IMG/VR virus record: IMGVR_UViG_3300032214_001346
Location: 1-64,000 of that record
Source: a virus
Reading direction: 5' to 3' (one strand)
Length of the DNA stretch: 64,000 bases
Below, in pieces: positions 39,951 through 50,691 of the stretch. The translations under genes and the position numbers were made by a program. Numbering within the stretch: position 1 is the stretch's first letter; every line of letters begins with the position of its first letter. Under the pieces are notes generated by a model. It saw nothing but the letters and a program-made list of their open reading frames with translations, did no database searches and was not told where the DNA came from.

Positions 39951-40193
39951 ATGGCACGAGTTAAGGTGATTGAGGATATTTTACCGAAACAAGAAGCGAG
40001 AAAAGCCGGTTTTTCCCCAGAATGCCACGGATACCAGAATTTCTGCATTAATTACATTGACAGGAAAATCAACGAATACTATCAAGGGACTGGGATTCAG
40101 CCGCCAACATTATCCACAATCCAAGCTTGGTTTTATAAAGACAACATCCCAGACTGGGCTGTGGTCATGTTCAAAAAAAACTTGCTAGTCTAA
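39951..40193 (+). CDS. Small HTH-like protein
   Basis: AGGAG RBS; PTLSTIQAWF...IPDW. Confidence 0.5.
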   Translation: MARVKVIEDILPKQEARKAGFSPECHGYQNFCINYIDRKINEYYQGTGIQPPTLSTIQAWFYKDNIPDWAVVMFKKNLLV

Positions 40194-40242
40194 CACCCCT
40201 TTAAATAGAAGTCAATGATTTATGGGATTTACCAGATATCTA

Positions 40243-40271
40243 TTGACGCTCTATTAGAGGGGTTTTATATT
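40243..40271 (+). promoter_or_regulatory. Promoter TTGACG-17-TATATT heading the 40.3-46.9 kb operon
   Basis: Direct reading. Confidence 0.6.
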
Positions 40272-40320
40272 GAGGACATACCAGACATGACCCGGACATG
40301 AGACGGGAAAACAATATGAG

Positions 40321-40590
40321 ATGAATCTACCAAAGTTAAGTCGTAAAGAAGCGGGTGATCGTTTAGGAGTAGGAGAAAGACAGGTACAGCGATATTTAAA
40401 AGTTGCGGTTCAGTATTTAAGTTCATTTAGTTCTTTTATTGACCCAGTAACAAACCAGTTAAACGGTAGCCCACTTACTGAAAAAGAAGTTAGCAATTTA
40501 GAGGAAATACAAGCTTTACTACGTAAGTACAAAAACTCTAAAAAAAGTAAAGAACAAATAGCAAGTGAGTTAAGCAATGGCAAACATTGA
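40321..40590 (+). CDS. HTH DNA-binding protein
   Basis: SRKEAGDRLGVGERQVQRY. Confidence 0.7.
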   Translation: MNLPKLSRKEAGDRLGVGERQVQRYLKVAVQYLSSFSSFIDPVTNQLNGSPLTEKEVSNLEEIQALLRKYKNSKKSKEQIASELSNGKH

Positions 40591-40724
40591 AGTAGTAGTC
40601 CTAATCCGTAAATTAGAAAATGACGGTAGCTACACTGAGTGGCAAGCAAGACCCGGTTTTAACGCATTTAACGCTAAAGCAAAGAAAGAAATTCAACAAA
40701 TGATAGGAGTCACAGGAGCTAATT

Positions 40725-41294
40725 ATGAACGTATTTGATTTGATTAAGCAGTATCTAAAGAATCCCATTTCTGATGAACAATTAGCAGTAAAAGCTGAGT
40801 CTATCGCTAATGAAGTGGGAATTAATTTGGCTAGTATTTACAACGCAGAAGCTAACACATTTGATGAAGCTACTGCTAGATTTATTGCCGAAGAAGTGGA
40901 TAAAGCTAATAATTTACCTGCTGTCGTTAATAATGACACTCAGTTAGCGACAACAGAACCCAAAAAGAAGGGTAAAAAAAGCGAGATTAGTAACACCAAT
41001 ATGCCCAATGCAAATGGTGTTGAAGCACTAAGACCTGCTGTTCAGAATTTGAAAACAGCAGTTGAGTCTGAAACTAAAGAAATCATCCAAGTATTTGATA
41101 GTAACTGTGGAAGAGTTGAGAGTGCGGTAACAGCTAAAATTATGCAACGCTGCCAACAAATCAACCCAAATATCATTGCTAAAGTGTCCAGTGAGTTGGA
41201 GGGATACACAAATCAGTCTGCATCCTTTCGCCAACAGATTGGATCAATCTTCGATGAGGCTTTTGAAGATATCATCAATTTTGAAGCCGTCTAA
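40725..41294 (+). CDS. Hypothetical helical protein
   Basis: AGGAG RBS; long ORF in operon. Confidence 0.55.
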   Translation: MNVFDLIKQYLKNPISDEQLAVKAESIANEVGINLASIYNAEANTFDEATARFIAEEVDKANNLPAVVNNDTQLATTEPKKKGKKSEISNTNMPNANGVEALRPAVQNLKTAVESETKEIIQVFDSNCGRVESAVTAKIMQRCQQINPNIIAKVSSELEGYTNQSASFRQQIGSIFDEAFEDIINFEAV

Positions 41295-41350
41295 TTGGAT
41301 GATTGCAGCAGTATTTATTCAGTTCTTTATTCTATCAGGAATAGTGGTTT

Positions 41351-41716
41351 ATGCAATTTCCCAGCCACCTAGAAATACAGGAGGAAGTAATCAGTCCACA
41401 ACCAGTGGAACTTACGTACAAGCCCAGCGGTGAATTTACTTTAAAGGGTTCTCCTGCGCTCAATGCAATTGATAGATTGATAATTTCATCGGACTATCAC
41501 AAAGACCAAGACCGTCGCCTCAAGTCAGAGTTAGAGCAACGCATAAGCGATGAAGCCAAAATGACAAATGCCATGACTATTACCTTTTTAGGCTTGGCAA
41601 CATTAACTTTAATCCTCTGTGCATTTTTAAGCATTAACAAATCAACTAACCAGGAGCATAAACAATGTTTGACAACATTTTCGCCGGACTCGCAACTCAA
41701 GAAAAGACACAATTAA
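41351..41716 (+). CDS. Single-pass membrane protein
   Basis: Hydrophobic ITFLGLATLTLILCAFLSI. Confidence 0.5.
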   Translation: MQFPSHLEIQEEVISPQPVELTYKPSGEFTLKGSPALNAIDRLIISSDYHKDQDRRLKSELEQRISDEAKMTNAMTITFLGLATLTLILCAFLSINKSTNQEHKQCLTTFSPDSQLKKRHN

Positions 41717-42102
41717 CTGGGATGGGCGCTGATGTCACAAAAATTGGTGATATGGGTGCATCGCTAACTAGAATCAAGGAAACCATGAAGTTGCCAGCAG
41801 GAGTTTCCGCTCAACAAGTCCTTCAAGAAGCTAGAAACACTGGGGAAATAGAAGCCCAGTTGGCACTGGCTAAAGATATTGCAACTAGCAGAAGTCAGCA
41901 GATGGATCAGTTGGTGAGACTTCATGAAATAAATGTTCAGCACACGCAGAAAGTGATGCAAGTTGATGAACGTCTAAGAAGTATCCAGGCTAATCACGGC
42001 AAAGCTGTGTCTAGGTATCAATTAGGCGCGGCGGAAACTCAAGTTAATTTAGACGGGTTTCAAACAGTCTACGAAGTTCAAGCAAAGGAAATATTTTCAT
42101 GA
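41665..42102 (+). CDS. Coiled-coil hypothetical protein
   Basis: CAGGAG RBS; ORF in operon. Confidence 0.55.
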   Translation: MFDNIFAGLATQEKTQLTGMGADVTKIGDMGASLTRIKETMKLPAGVSAQQVLQEARNTGEIEAQLALAKDIATSRSQQMDQLVRLHEINVQHTQKVMQVDERLRSIQANHGKAVSRYQLGAAETQVNLDGFQTVYEVQAKEIFS

Positions 42103-42581
42103 TTTTTAAGAGGAATAGTGAAGCGGACGCTACCCTATTCCAATTCTTTAATAAAGTTGGTTGGGGCGTGCTTTTATACAATGCTTACACCCTTTACCCC
42201 TACTTTTATGACTTATTAAAGAGTGCGGAATATTGGCAAAGAATATTTGCAAGTGCTGTAGCAGTGGCTTTGATTTTGGGGATTGAATTGTCAGTAACGA
42301 CAGTTATATTTGATCCTAAAATGCTAATCAAAGTGTTAACAAAGCCTAAAGCAGATCAGGAAGTAAAGAAGATATTTGATACAGTTTTTTTTGTAGGATT
42401 AATAATTTTTCTGCTCGTAGCATCTTACACATTTTGGACTGATTATCAAATCAATTTGAAGCAATTAGGCAATCCTTCTGCTATGTTTTTAAGGGTTCTT
42501 TGTGGAGTATTTGTTGTTGGTAGCGAATTGGCTTTTGGCTGTGCAAATGTATTTGATTTAGCAAGTAAGGAGAATGATTAA
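42099..42581 (+). CDS. Multi-pass membrane protein
   Basis: About four hydrophobic segments. Confidence 0.6.
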   Translation: MIFKRNSEADATLFQFFNKVGWGVLLYNAYTLYPYFYDLLKSAEYWQRIFASAVAVALILGIELSVTTVIFDPKMLIKVLTKPKADQEVKKIFDTVFFVGLIIFLLVASYTFWTDYQINLKQLGNPSAMFLRVLCGVFVVGSELAFGCANVFDLASKEND

Positions 42582-42678
42582 AATGCCAGTAACAGATATC
42601 AAAAGTGTAATCACAATATTACTAATTGCATTGTTCTTAAGCATGATTTTGTATTTGCAATATGACATGAGGAGGTAA

Positions 42679-42969
42679 GTGATGAATAAGTTATTGTATG
42701 GCGGTTTACTATTTTGTGGGTATGCAACTTTCCAGCTTTTAGGCTTTTTAATAAAAGCTTATCCTTCTACTGCCGGCGGTGCGATCGCACTGATTCTTTT
42801 AGGATTGTTATTGATACTAATTGCTGGTTTTAATAATTGGTTAGGGTTGTATCACAGATATCACGGAGCAATGAGTAAAAACTTAACTTTAGTGGGGTTT
42901 GCCCCTATTTACATCTTTGGTGGTTTAGTTCTATTTGCAGTCATGGTAGGTTTATATGCAGCATCTTAA
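42679..42969 (+). CDS. Multi-pass membrane protein
   Basis: Three hydrophobic segments; GGAGG RBS. Confidence 0.6.
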   Translation: MMNKLLYGGLLFCGYATFQLLGFLIKAYPSTAGGAIALILLGLLLILIAGFNNWLGLYHRYHGAMSKNLTLVGFAPIYIFGGLVLFAVMVGLYAAS

Positions 42970-43462
42970 CTCAATTTTAAAACGCTTAGAAGCCTTGTCT
43001 TCTGAATACCCTGAACATATCATACTTGATGATTATTGGCTAGATGATCTATGCGATAGTTTGGTGACACAAAAACAAAACTCAAGTCAAAACCAGCGTT
43101 TTCAACTAATAGTAACTGGGGAATTTTGTATTGGTAAATCAGCATTGATTGAGATAATTCAAGAGAGAACTGGTTTACATGGAGACGACATTTTGGAAAG
43201 ACAAAGACCGTTTGATGACGGACTCACTAAAAAACAGCGAGAAAACATCTCTTTTATTGCCATGGGTACTCGCGTGATGAGGTACTTCTTGTGCAGCCTT
43301 AATTACTGGGATATCAAACCAGAATTAGGCTTGCTGTTTGAAAAAGCATGGGATTTGCTTGACAACAAATATATTCCTTGTGCATTGGTAATTCCTACAA
43401 ACAAGGACCCTTACATAACATTAGCTCTTAACTTACCAAAACCTTCTTATGCAGCATCATAG
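42956..43462 (+). CDS. Truncated paralog of the downstream ATPase domain
   Basis: L..L.S.YPE.I..DD.W.D.LC.S, GE...GKS and ALV.PT...P.I shared with 43449..45020. Confidence 0.6.
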   Translation: MQHLNSILKRLEALSSEYPEHIILDDYWLDDLCDSLVTQKQNSSQNQRFQLIVTGEFCIGKSALIEIIQERTGLHGDDILERQRPFDDGLTKKQRENISFIAMGTRVMRYFLCSLNYWDIKPELGLLFEKAWDLLDNKYIPCALVIPTNKDPYITLALNLPKPSYAAS

Positions 43463-45020
43463 TAACCCATTTTCAAAAGATAAAGACATTTATTCCAAGT
43501 TGATAAATGTTGAGCGGGTTTTAATGGGAACTCTTGCAGCTACAGCAATAGCAGGTACGTTTACCCCAGTGATATTTGCCCCAAACTTAAATAGTGAAGT
43601 TAAGCTAATTCAACAGTTACTTGGGCTTTTTTCAGGTGCGTGTTTTACCGCTGAAGTCTACCGACGCAAGCATAAAGAGAAGTTCTACAAGTCTATTGAA
43701 GATGCTAGTCACGCTATTATCAAAGAGGAACTCAAAGGCACGTTTACCTTTGAACAATGCAAGAATGCTATTCAATCTAAGCGTGAGTTGGCAGGGTACA
43801 TAAATGGACTTCCAGAAATGGAACGACCCCGCTGGATGCAATCTTATGGGTTACAAGGCTTAGTTGAGTTGCCACAAGTACAGCAAGCGGTTATTGATGA
43901 GCCTAGACAGTTACCAGGTTCTCGTGCCGTGGCTAATCCTGAAATAGCGACAGTGGATGAAAAGATGGTTCAATCAATTATCAATCCCAGCACCCGACAA
44001 TTACTGGAAGAATTAGCGTCTCAGTATCCTGAATATGTACGGATAGATGATGAATGGGTTGATGAATTGTGTGAAAGTTCCGCTAGACAGAAGATGAGCG
44101 AACGTGCTAACCACCACTTTAGCTTTTGGGGTGAAACTCAGTCAGGAAAGTCTACTTTAGCAGGTGTTTTTATCAATAAGATTGCTGCTAAGTCACAAGG
44201 ACCAGCTTATGTGTTTGGTTCAGACCCTAAGAACTATTTAACAGCTTGGTTGTGTAAATTTAGCCGCAAGTTTGATGGTTTCAAAACCAATCTAGATCAA
44301 TGGGTTACGTTTGCCACAAAAGTTATAGATGCACGTCAGGATGAGTTTAAAAACAACCGCAAGGGTGAAGGATTAGGTGAAATATTCCTGATTCAAGATG
44401 AAGTTAATGTGGTATTTGGTGAAGGGAAAGGACTTGTTGGACAAGTGCCGAAAGACACAGCAATGAACCTTTGTGCTATGTGGAATTATATTATTAACTT
44501 CACCGCTGCTATGAAGATTCACGGTATTTTTATGGGACAAAACCCATTGAGTACCTACACTGGTTTTAGTCGTCCTGCGCTTAAAAATATCTGCTTTTTG
44601 GCACTAGGTAAAGTGTCTAATTACGTTTTAACTAAGATGCCGGAACTCTTAAACGTGAAGTCAGAAATATCTGATTTGTTTAGTCAAGTGTGTGAACTTT
44701 TAGACAAAGAACAGGTGAGATACGCCTTAGTAGTCCCTACCCGTGGTAGTCCTTTTATTGCTTTGATTCCTGTATTTGATATTGATGCAATGGAACAAAC
44801 TAGTGGTGATCAAAGTGAAGATGAGGGTGAAGCCCAACCGCAGGAAAACACAGCGGACTATTATCAAATATTGACTAAATGGTGCAAGGAAGTCTTGAAA
44901 AGGCAACCTACAGCAGATGAGTTAAAAGCAGCATGGAAACATTTAACCCAACAGGAATTAAACGATAAAGGTGTTGAGTTATTAATGGCGAAATTAAAGG
45001 AGGGACTGGAAGATGAGTAA
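43449..45020 (+). CDS. Membrane-anchored P-loop ATPase (FtsK/HerA/VirD4-like DNA translocase)
   Basis: Two N-terminal TM segments; Walker A GETQSGKS; DPK; Walker B FLIQDE; MGQ. Confidence 0.75.
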   Translation: MQHHSNPFSKDKDIYSKLINVERVLMGTLAATAIAGTFTPVIFAPNLNSEVKLIQQLLGLFSGACFTAEVYRRKHKEKFYKSIEDASHAIIKEELKGTFTFEQCKNAIQSKRELAGYINGLPEMERPRWMQSYGLQGLVELPQVQQAVIDEPRQLPGSRAVANPEIATVDEKMVQSIINPSTRQLLEELASQYPEYVRIDDEWVDELCESSARQKMSERANHHFSFWGETQSGKSTLAGVFINKIAAKSQGPAYVFGSDPKNYLTAWLCKFSRKFDGFKTNLDQWVTFATKVIDARQDEFKNNRKGEGLGEIFLIQDEVNVVFGEGKGLVGQVPKDTAMNLCAMWNYIINFTAAMKIHGIFMGQNPLSTYTGFSRPALKNICFLALGKVSNYVLTKMPELLNVKSEISDLFSQVCELLDKEQVRYALVVPTRGSPFIALIPVFDIDAMEQTSGDQSEDEGEAQPQENTADYYQILTKWCKEVLKRQPTADELKAAWKHLTQQELNDKGVELLMAKLKEGLEDE

Positions 45021-45288
45021 TCAGTTGAAAGGATTTGTGTTACAGGCTGATCAAGGATTGATTCACAGAGATACCAGCATTTTTAATGTTGTATTTACAT
45101 CCAGGATTAGTGAAGCTTATCTATTTGATTCAGTACGAGAAATTGATGTGTTCAAAGCAGTAAGGGGACTACAATCAACGCCATTAATTTGTTATCAAAT
45201 CCATCAGCAAACATGATAAATAATTGCAGTCAAAAAGAGTATAAAATATCTATGTACTCTTTTTGAAAAATGCAGTTTAAGGGTTGCT

Positions 45289-46134
45289 ATGTCAAGTTAT
45301 CAACAAGTATTAGACTTTTTAAAAGCACGAGGTGGAGTTGTTAATTTAAGAGAATTAAGACAATTTCCCAATAGTATTGTAGATACATTACATTTGCACC
45401 AATATATAGAAATAACGGGAAAGATCGGCTGTCATGAAGTATGTTTAATTTGTGATAAATTTGAAGCTAAAGACGATAAAAAACCGCAACCAACCCAAAC
45501 TATCATTAAGCATAAAGAACCCCCTCAAATCCCAAAAAAAACTAAAGTAAAGCCTCAACCAAAAATTAGTAACAATGACAGACTTGAGCGTTGCCAACAA
45601 GTAAGAAATTCTATCTTTAGTGAGATTAAAAATGCACATAAACCCATGTCTGCTATGGAGTTGAAAGATAAGTTTCCACAGATTAGACCTAGAGCGATCG
45701 CCTATCATTTAAAGAGATTAGAAAAGGAAAGTTTGGTATGTTCTATTGATTGGAATACACGGTTATGGACTAATACGGAAAGGGAGTGCCTACTTCATGA
45801 AATTATAGGTACTTATATTGGTAGGTATGAAAACAAGAACGCTGTTTTAGATGTTTTGAAAAATGCAGATGAAGCAATGTCAGTGACAGGTATTTTACGT
45901 AAGTTACCACCAAATCAATGTAGCGGGACCACTTTAAGAAAGATATTAGAATTGTTCATCACAAGGGGTATAGTCAGGGCAGGAAGCTATGTCAAAAGTA
46001 ATATTGTGTACTTTGCTCTTATTGATAATTCAATAGCTTTATCCCACTTAAATCAACTAATCAAATATAAGAAGAGAAGGTTAAATTCTCAGTTATCATT
46101 ACCCCTCAAAAACAGCTATGAAGACCATAACTAA
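45289..46134 (+). CDS. Multi winged-helix protein; paralog of 47170..48411
   Basis: DF.K.RGGV.NLREL..F N-terminus shared; repeated wHTH. Confidence 0.65.
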   Translation: MSSYQQVLDFLKARGGVVNLRELRQFPNSIVDTLHLHQYIEITGKIGCHEVCLICDKFEAKDDKKPQPTQTIIKHKEPPQIPKKTKVKPQPKISNNDRLERCQQVRNSIFSEIKNAHKPMSAMELKDKFPQIRPRAIAYHLKRLEKESLVCSIDWNTRLWTNTERECLLHEIIGTYIGRYENKNAVLDVLKNADEAMSVTGILRKLPPNQCSGTTLRKILELFITRGIVRAGSYVKSNIVYFALIDNSIALSHLNQLIKYKKRRLNSQLSLPLKNSYEDHN

Positions 46135-46476
46135 AGTCACTGTTAGTGAATTAATCAAAAGTGCTGTCAAGTCTTTAGACGCGCTTTCTCAGCATCCAGA
46201 ATTAGCAGACAATTCCACTGTTGAAACTGCTATTAATTTAGTTCTCAAATTAAAGGGTCAAGTCAAATATGAGTGAAATATCTTACGCATTGTGTCACGA
46301 ATTTAAGCAAGCTAGGGATAACTTAGTCATTGATAAATTTCATGCTGTTCAGTCTTCCATTACTGTCAAGAAATGGTGGCAAATTGTTTTTAAAAACAGT
46401 GATGGATTAACAACTATTAAGCACGGATTATCCCAAAAGAAGGCAGAAAAATTAGCTAATGAACTGAACAAATTAA

Positions 46477-46926
46477 TTGATACTAAATAGTAAAATACGA
46501 TTATTATTTACTATCAAAAAACCAGCAATGTCTACCAAATACGAAAAGAAAAGTAAGTATCAGCAACGGAAAATGGCAGAGAAGAAAAAGATACAGAAGC
46601 AAAAAGTGGACTACGATAAACGCTATGGTAGTTCTAGGAAATACCGGAAACAGTGTGCGATCGCCCATAAGTCAACCCATGGTTTATGTTGCGTATGTAT
46701 GGTTAGAAAATCAGATGAGATACATCATGCTTACTATGGGAAAGATGCAATTGGGGAGTCTACATTTCCGGTTTGCTTATCTTGTCATCAATCTATCTGC
46801 CATAGCCCCAAGAATTGGATTAGAGACGGTAGCAATCCATTGTGGAAAAACAGGAATACTTCAGAATTTTTGCAGCGATTAAGATTAGGATATCAATTGC
46901 TCTATGAAGGCATAAATCTGATATAA
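46477..46926 (+). CDS. HNH-like endonuclease (start probably 46528)
   Basis: CCVC.....EIHH..Y.......PVC..CH...H. Confidence 0.7.
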   Translation: MILNSKIRLLFTIKKPAMSTKYEKKSKYQQRKMAEKKKIQKQKVDYDKRYGSSRKYRKQCAIAHKSTHGLCCVCMVRKSDEIHHAYYGKDAIGESTFPVCLSCHQSICHSPKNWIRDGSNPLWKNRNTSEFLQRLRLGYQLLYEGINLI

Positions 46927-46954
46927 TTATTTCAACAGGAATTGATACATAAGG

Positions 46955-47066
46955 TCAAGATAGGTTTCCACAGCCTATCTTTTTTTGTGCTACAATAAAG
47001 GAGGTAGATGCTCATAAATAATAATGATGCAAGATCAAGATAGGTTTCCCATAGCCTATCTTTTTT
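46955..47066 (+). terminator. Two near-identical intrinsic terminators (46955-46986, 47035-47066)
   Basis: AGATAGG-loop-CCTATCT plus T tract, twice. Confidence 0.75.
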
Positions 47067-47169
47067 ATTAATTATTGTTATTTAAAAAATACTTTGATAT
47101 AATAATATGATGATAGGTTTTTTGAGGTTTACCTGTGACTTGATGGGGTCGTCCCCATCTTTTTTGTTA

Positions 47170-48411
47170 TTAATTATTTAAAAAATAAAGAGTATGCCGT
47201 CCTTTAATGCAGGAATACAAAACTCCTGTGGACTTCATTTGTCGTAACACTCTGTGGATATGTGGAAGGGAGTAATCATTAATTAAGTCGCTTAAAATGC
47301 TTTGAGCGTGATGGTTATTGTTTTTGATGGACTCAATAACTTGGTCCCTTAATGTGTATCCAGAAACTTTGTTTAGGCTTTCCATGGCGGAAGAATTAGA
47401 CTTGAGGGCAATATGTAAAGAGTATCCGGTGCGCTTTAACTCAATTAGTCCTTTATTTTTTAGCTTGTGTATAACAACCCAAGCGGATTTACGTGGTATT
47501 TGGGATTGTGCGGATATACCACGAATCCCCAAAGCAATGCTAGTATTTTCTAACACGCTTAAAATTCTTTCAGCAACTTTCTGTGAACCGGGTCGGGGTG
47601 TCCAGTCCCCAAATAGATGAGAGCGATCTGGGGTGGTGTAGTATTTGATATTATTCTTGGTAACACGACTACAGCACAAGACCCCTTTGCGGGCGAACAG
47701 TGATAAGTATGCAGATATGGTTTTGATGTTAGTGGATTCTGGTAATAGCGATCGCACTTGCTGTAATGTCATTGGCGAGTCGGAATCAACGACAATCTCT
47801 AGTACCCTGTGTTTTAGATTTATGTCTTTAGCTGTGGCTAATTTCTCTTTTAAAGCGGCTGCAGTGGCAGGAACGGGAATTGGTTCAGGTTTAGGTTTCT
47901 TGGGCTTTCTATTCAATCCTGCCAGTAATTCTTTTCGGTCGGGCGTGGTGTAGTGCCTAAACATCTTTCTATTTTCACTGCAAACTATAATTCCGGCTTT
48001 AACAAGTGCTGATAAGTAAGCGCAGATACTATCAGGATTACACTGGATTAGTTGTTCTTTAATCTCACTGGCTGTCACTGGATAATCAGCGTTTTTAATA
48101 ACACTAAATATCTTGTTTTTCAGAGAGAAATCATTAGCCTCTCTCTTGGTTTTTTTCTTTTCTACCAACTTATTTTCAATGACTTGATGGTGCTTTCGTA
48201 CTTCTTCTTTTGCTGTTATTCCATCATATTTCTTGGTGAATTTATCCAATAAAGTGACTTCAATGCCACTACTTCCCCGACTGACTTTGATGCATCCTTC
48301 TAACTGTAAAGCTTCAATATCTTTGCGGTTAAAGTGAGAAAGTTCGCGCAGGTTAATTACTCCTCCACGAACTTTAATAAAGTCTATAATTCCATTTTGG
48401 TTTATCAACAT
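47170..48411 (-). CDS. Multi winged-helix protein
   Basis: Repeated I.AYLS.L...G...CS......Y.TPDR units. Confidence 0.65.
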   Translation of the reverse strand: MLINQNGIIDFIKVRGGVINLRELSHFNRKDIEALQLEGCIKVSRGSSGIEVTLLDKFTKKYDGITAKEEVRKHHQVIENKLVEKKKTKREANDFSLKNKIFSVIKNADYPVTASEIKEQLIQCNPDSICAYLSALVKAGIIVCSENRKMFRHYTTPDRKELLAGLNRKPKKPKPEPIPVPATAAALKEKLATAKDINLKHRVLEIVVDSDSPMTLQQVRSLLPESTNIKTISAYLSLFARKGVLCCSRVTKNNIKYYTTPDRSHLFGDWTPRPGSQKVAERILSVLENTSIALGIRGISAQSQIPRKSAWVVIHKLKNKGLIELKRTGYSLHIALKSNSSAMESLNKVSGYTLRDQVIESIKNNNHHAQSILSDLINDYSLPHIHRVLRQMKSTGVLYSCIKGRHTLYFLNN

Positions 48412-48426
48412 CCGCTTACACCTGAT

Positions 48427-49257
48427 TTACTTTTTGTCCTTAATAGCTTCATTGATTATAGCAGCTAAGTCCTCTAATTTGGACTCATAGTAATCGGTGT
48501 TTTGTTGATATTTGAATATTGAATTAAACAACATTAATTTATTCCACTCAGCGAATAAGAACCCAGCAAAAGTATTCTTATAAAAGAATAAATGAATGGC
48601 GAAACGACCAGTTCCCCTTTCTGCTAACCAAGTCTCACAAGTCTCATTGTTGGTACAATAAAAATATTTTTGGTTATCATTAATCATTGGTAAAACAGCG
48701 TAGTCAAAAAAATGTTTATTGATTGGTGATTCATGAGCTAAGGAATATTTACCATCCGAAGATACTTCCAAGAACACTGTATGATCTCCTTCATACTCCT
48801 TAAACATAGATAGCCTAGTTGCATTTAGTTCCTTTCTCGTGCGCTTCATTTCTTGAGTAATTCGTAGTACCTCTTCAGAGGAAATATTATCAAAATATTT
48901 TTGATTACTCATTATTTCCAATAAAACATCTTTAAACTGATAAATAATTGTCTTAACCAAAGTCTCACCTGTTAAGGACAGCACAGCTGTAAATAAGCAT
49001 CCAGATACAACAATTAAAGCTTTGATAATATTCAGTGATACAACAGCTTCATGAAAATCTTCATAATCAGATTTTTGATAATTCTCCTGTACTTTTATCG
49101 GTTTTTGTGAATTAGCTTGATAGACTTGTACCTGCTTAGATAATCCTTCTGTGTTATCAAAGGCTTTCACTTGACGTGATGTAATGGTGACATGAATGAA
49201 GCCTTCAATCCCAATTAATAAAAACATTAACCCGTACAATATTTTTTTCTTTTTCAT
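48427..49257 (-). CDS. Membrane protein with GAF-like C-domain; distant paralog of 53571..54179
   Basis: Two TM segments; R.S.(F/Y)...E.S...MI...C..WL..R pattern in both. Confidence 0.45.
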   Translation of the reverse strand: MKKKKILYGLMFLLIGIEGFIHVTITSRQVKAFDNTEGLSKQVQVYQANSQKPIKVQENYQKSDYEDFHEAVVSLNIIKALIVVSGCLFTAVLSLTGETLVKTIIYQFKDVLLEIMSNQKYFDNISSEEVLRITQEMKRTRKELNATRLSMFKEYEGDHTVFLEVSSDGKYSLAHESPINKHFFDYAVLPMINDNQKYFYCTNNETCETWLAERGTGRFAIHLFFYKNTFAGFLFAEWNKLMLFNSIFKYQQNTDYYESKLEDLAAIINEAIKDKK

Positions 49258-49504
49258 GGTAATTTACCTATAATTTTTACTTAATTATAAGTAAGTAAAA
49301 GTCCTTACAAAATTCCTGAAAACGTTGTAAGTGTGGACATTCCACAAAAAATGTTATTATTATGTTTCATAATTATTTAAGATTTTAAAGAAATATTTAT
49401 CTTTTGGTGGTGCTTTTATTATCATTAAAAACAACAAAACCGCTACGTGAGCGGTAATGTTGCGGCAGTCCTACGACGACCCCTAGGCTGTGCCTATTTG
49501 GATT

Positions 49505-50668
49505 TTAGTACATACTTGATTGGGTTTCATTGTTTACAAGTGAAGCGCAAATATCGTACATCTCAGCCCATACGTAATCATCTTTTGCAATTGACGACAA
49601 AGGCTGTCCTGCGTATTTTACTTGCATAGATACGTGAAAATATCTAGTTAACATTTTTTTGATCAAGCTTATCTTGGTTTTCTCGCTTACTTGCAATCTA
49701 TAATCTCCTGTTTCAGTTTTTTCTACAAAAACTCTAAAACCAGACATTATCGGAAAAACCAAGGATTGCTGAGTTATCACACAGGTAAGTATTTCATGGT
49801 TAGGCAACTTGGTATATTTCCTAGCGTCGTTTCCACTTTTTGTAAACCTTGTTCCTGTAGCACTAGAATGATGCTGTTCCTCTAGTCTTTTGAATATTTT
49901 AGACTGAAGATCTATAGCGTCGTGAACTAACGAAAAAAGTTTTTTTGGTATTAAGTCTCGATGTACAGAATTAGAAGCCTGTATTGAAAGTTTTGGATGC
50001 TTTTTTTTGTTGGTATTGGATGGAGAATAACTTGGATCTAGTGCCCAAATAAGGCTGTAAATTCTGGCAATTGTACAGCACCCATCAACATTTGTTGTTT
50101 GCACTCCAAATTGCCCTTCATGATAAATAATTCTGTACCTTTCAAGTTCTGGTTTTATCCAGTCATAGTCACCGCTATAATTTGCTAAACTCATTTTTGA
50201 GACGGCTTTACTGGTATTTAGTGCGATCGCCTTTTCTTTTAATTCAATTTCATCAAAACCTGAATAGATTATGATGTTTACAAAAACTTGAGAAATATCT
50301 ATCTCTTTAAAATTAGCAGCCATGCAAAAAGCTAATAGCCGATGACCGCCATCTAACAATCCATCGGAATCTTTAAACGTCAATCTAATCAAACTTGCAG
50401 TAATTTTTGAGCAATCAGCAGCAAGATGAAGCGGCGAACTGATAACCGAAACGCCCTTTTTCAAGGATTCAATTATTGATTCGGTAACAGAGTTTTTTAT
50501 CGGTCTTCTTACGTTGGCAGTTAGTGGAATTTTCCACAAAAGATGAGATTCGTTTTTACTGTTAGCTTCAACTAAATCCTTAAGAGTAGTTGATACGTGA
50601 TACTCTTTTCCCTGTTGAACTGGAAATTCATTTAACGACCGGAACTTTAAGTTAATAACGTGTGGCAT
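49505..50668 (-). CDS. AIPR-like (ParB/Srx-fold) protein
   Basis: ANVR....V...I.ESL, GLLDGGHR, ALNTS..V...SL.N, LVFPI..GFR. Confidence 0.65.
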   Translation of the reverse strand: MPHVINLKFRSLNEFPVQQGKEYHVSTTLKDLVEANSKNESHLLWKIPLTANVRRPIKNSVTESIIESLKKGVSVISSPLHLAADCSKITASLIRLTFKDSDGLLDGGHRLLAFCMAANFKEIDISQVFVNIIIYSGFDEIELKEKAIALNTSKAVSKMSLANYSGDYDWIKPELERYRIIYHEGQFGVQTTNVDGCCTIARIYSLIWALDPSYSPSNTNKKKHPKLSIQASNSVHRDLIPKKLFSLVHDAIDLQSKIFKRLEEQHHSSATGTRFTKSGNDARKYTKLPNHEILTCVITQQSLVFPIMSGFRVFVEKTETGDYRLQVSEKTKISLIKKMLTRYFHVSMQVKYAGQPLSSIAKDDYVWAEMYDICASLVNNETQSSMY

Positions 50669-50691
50669 AATTGAATTATAGGTTAGTTGGT

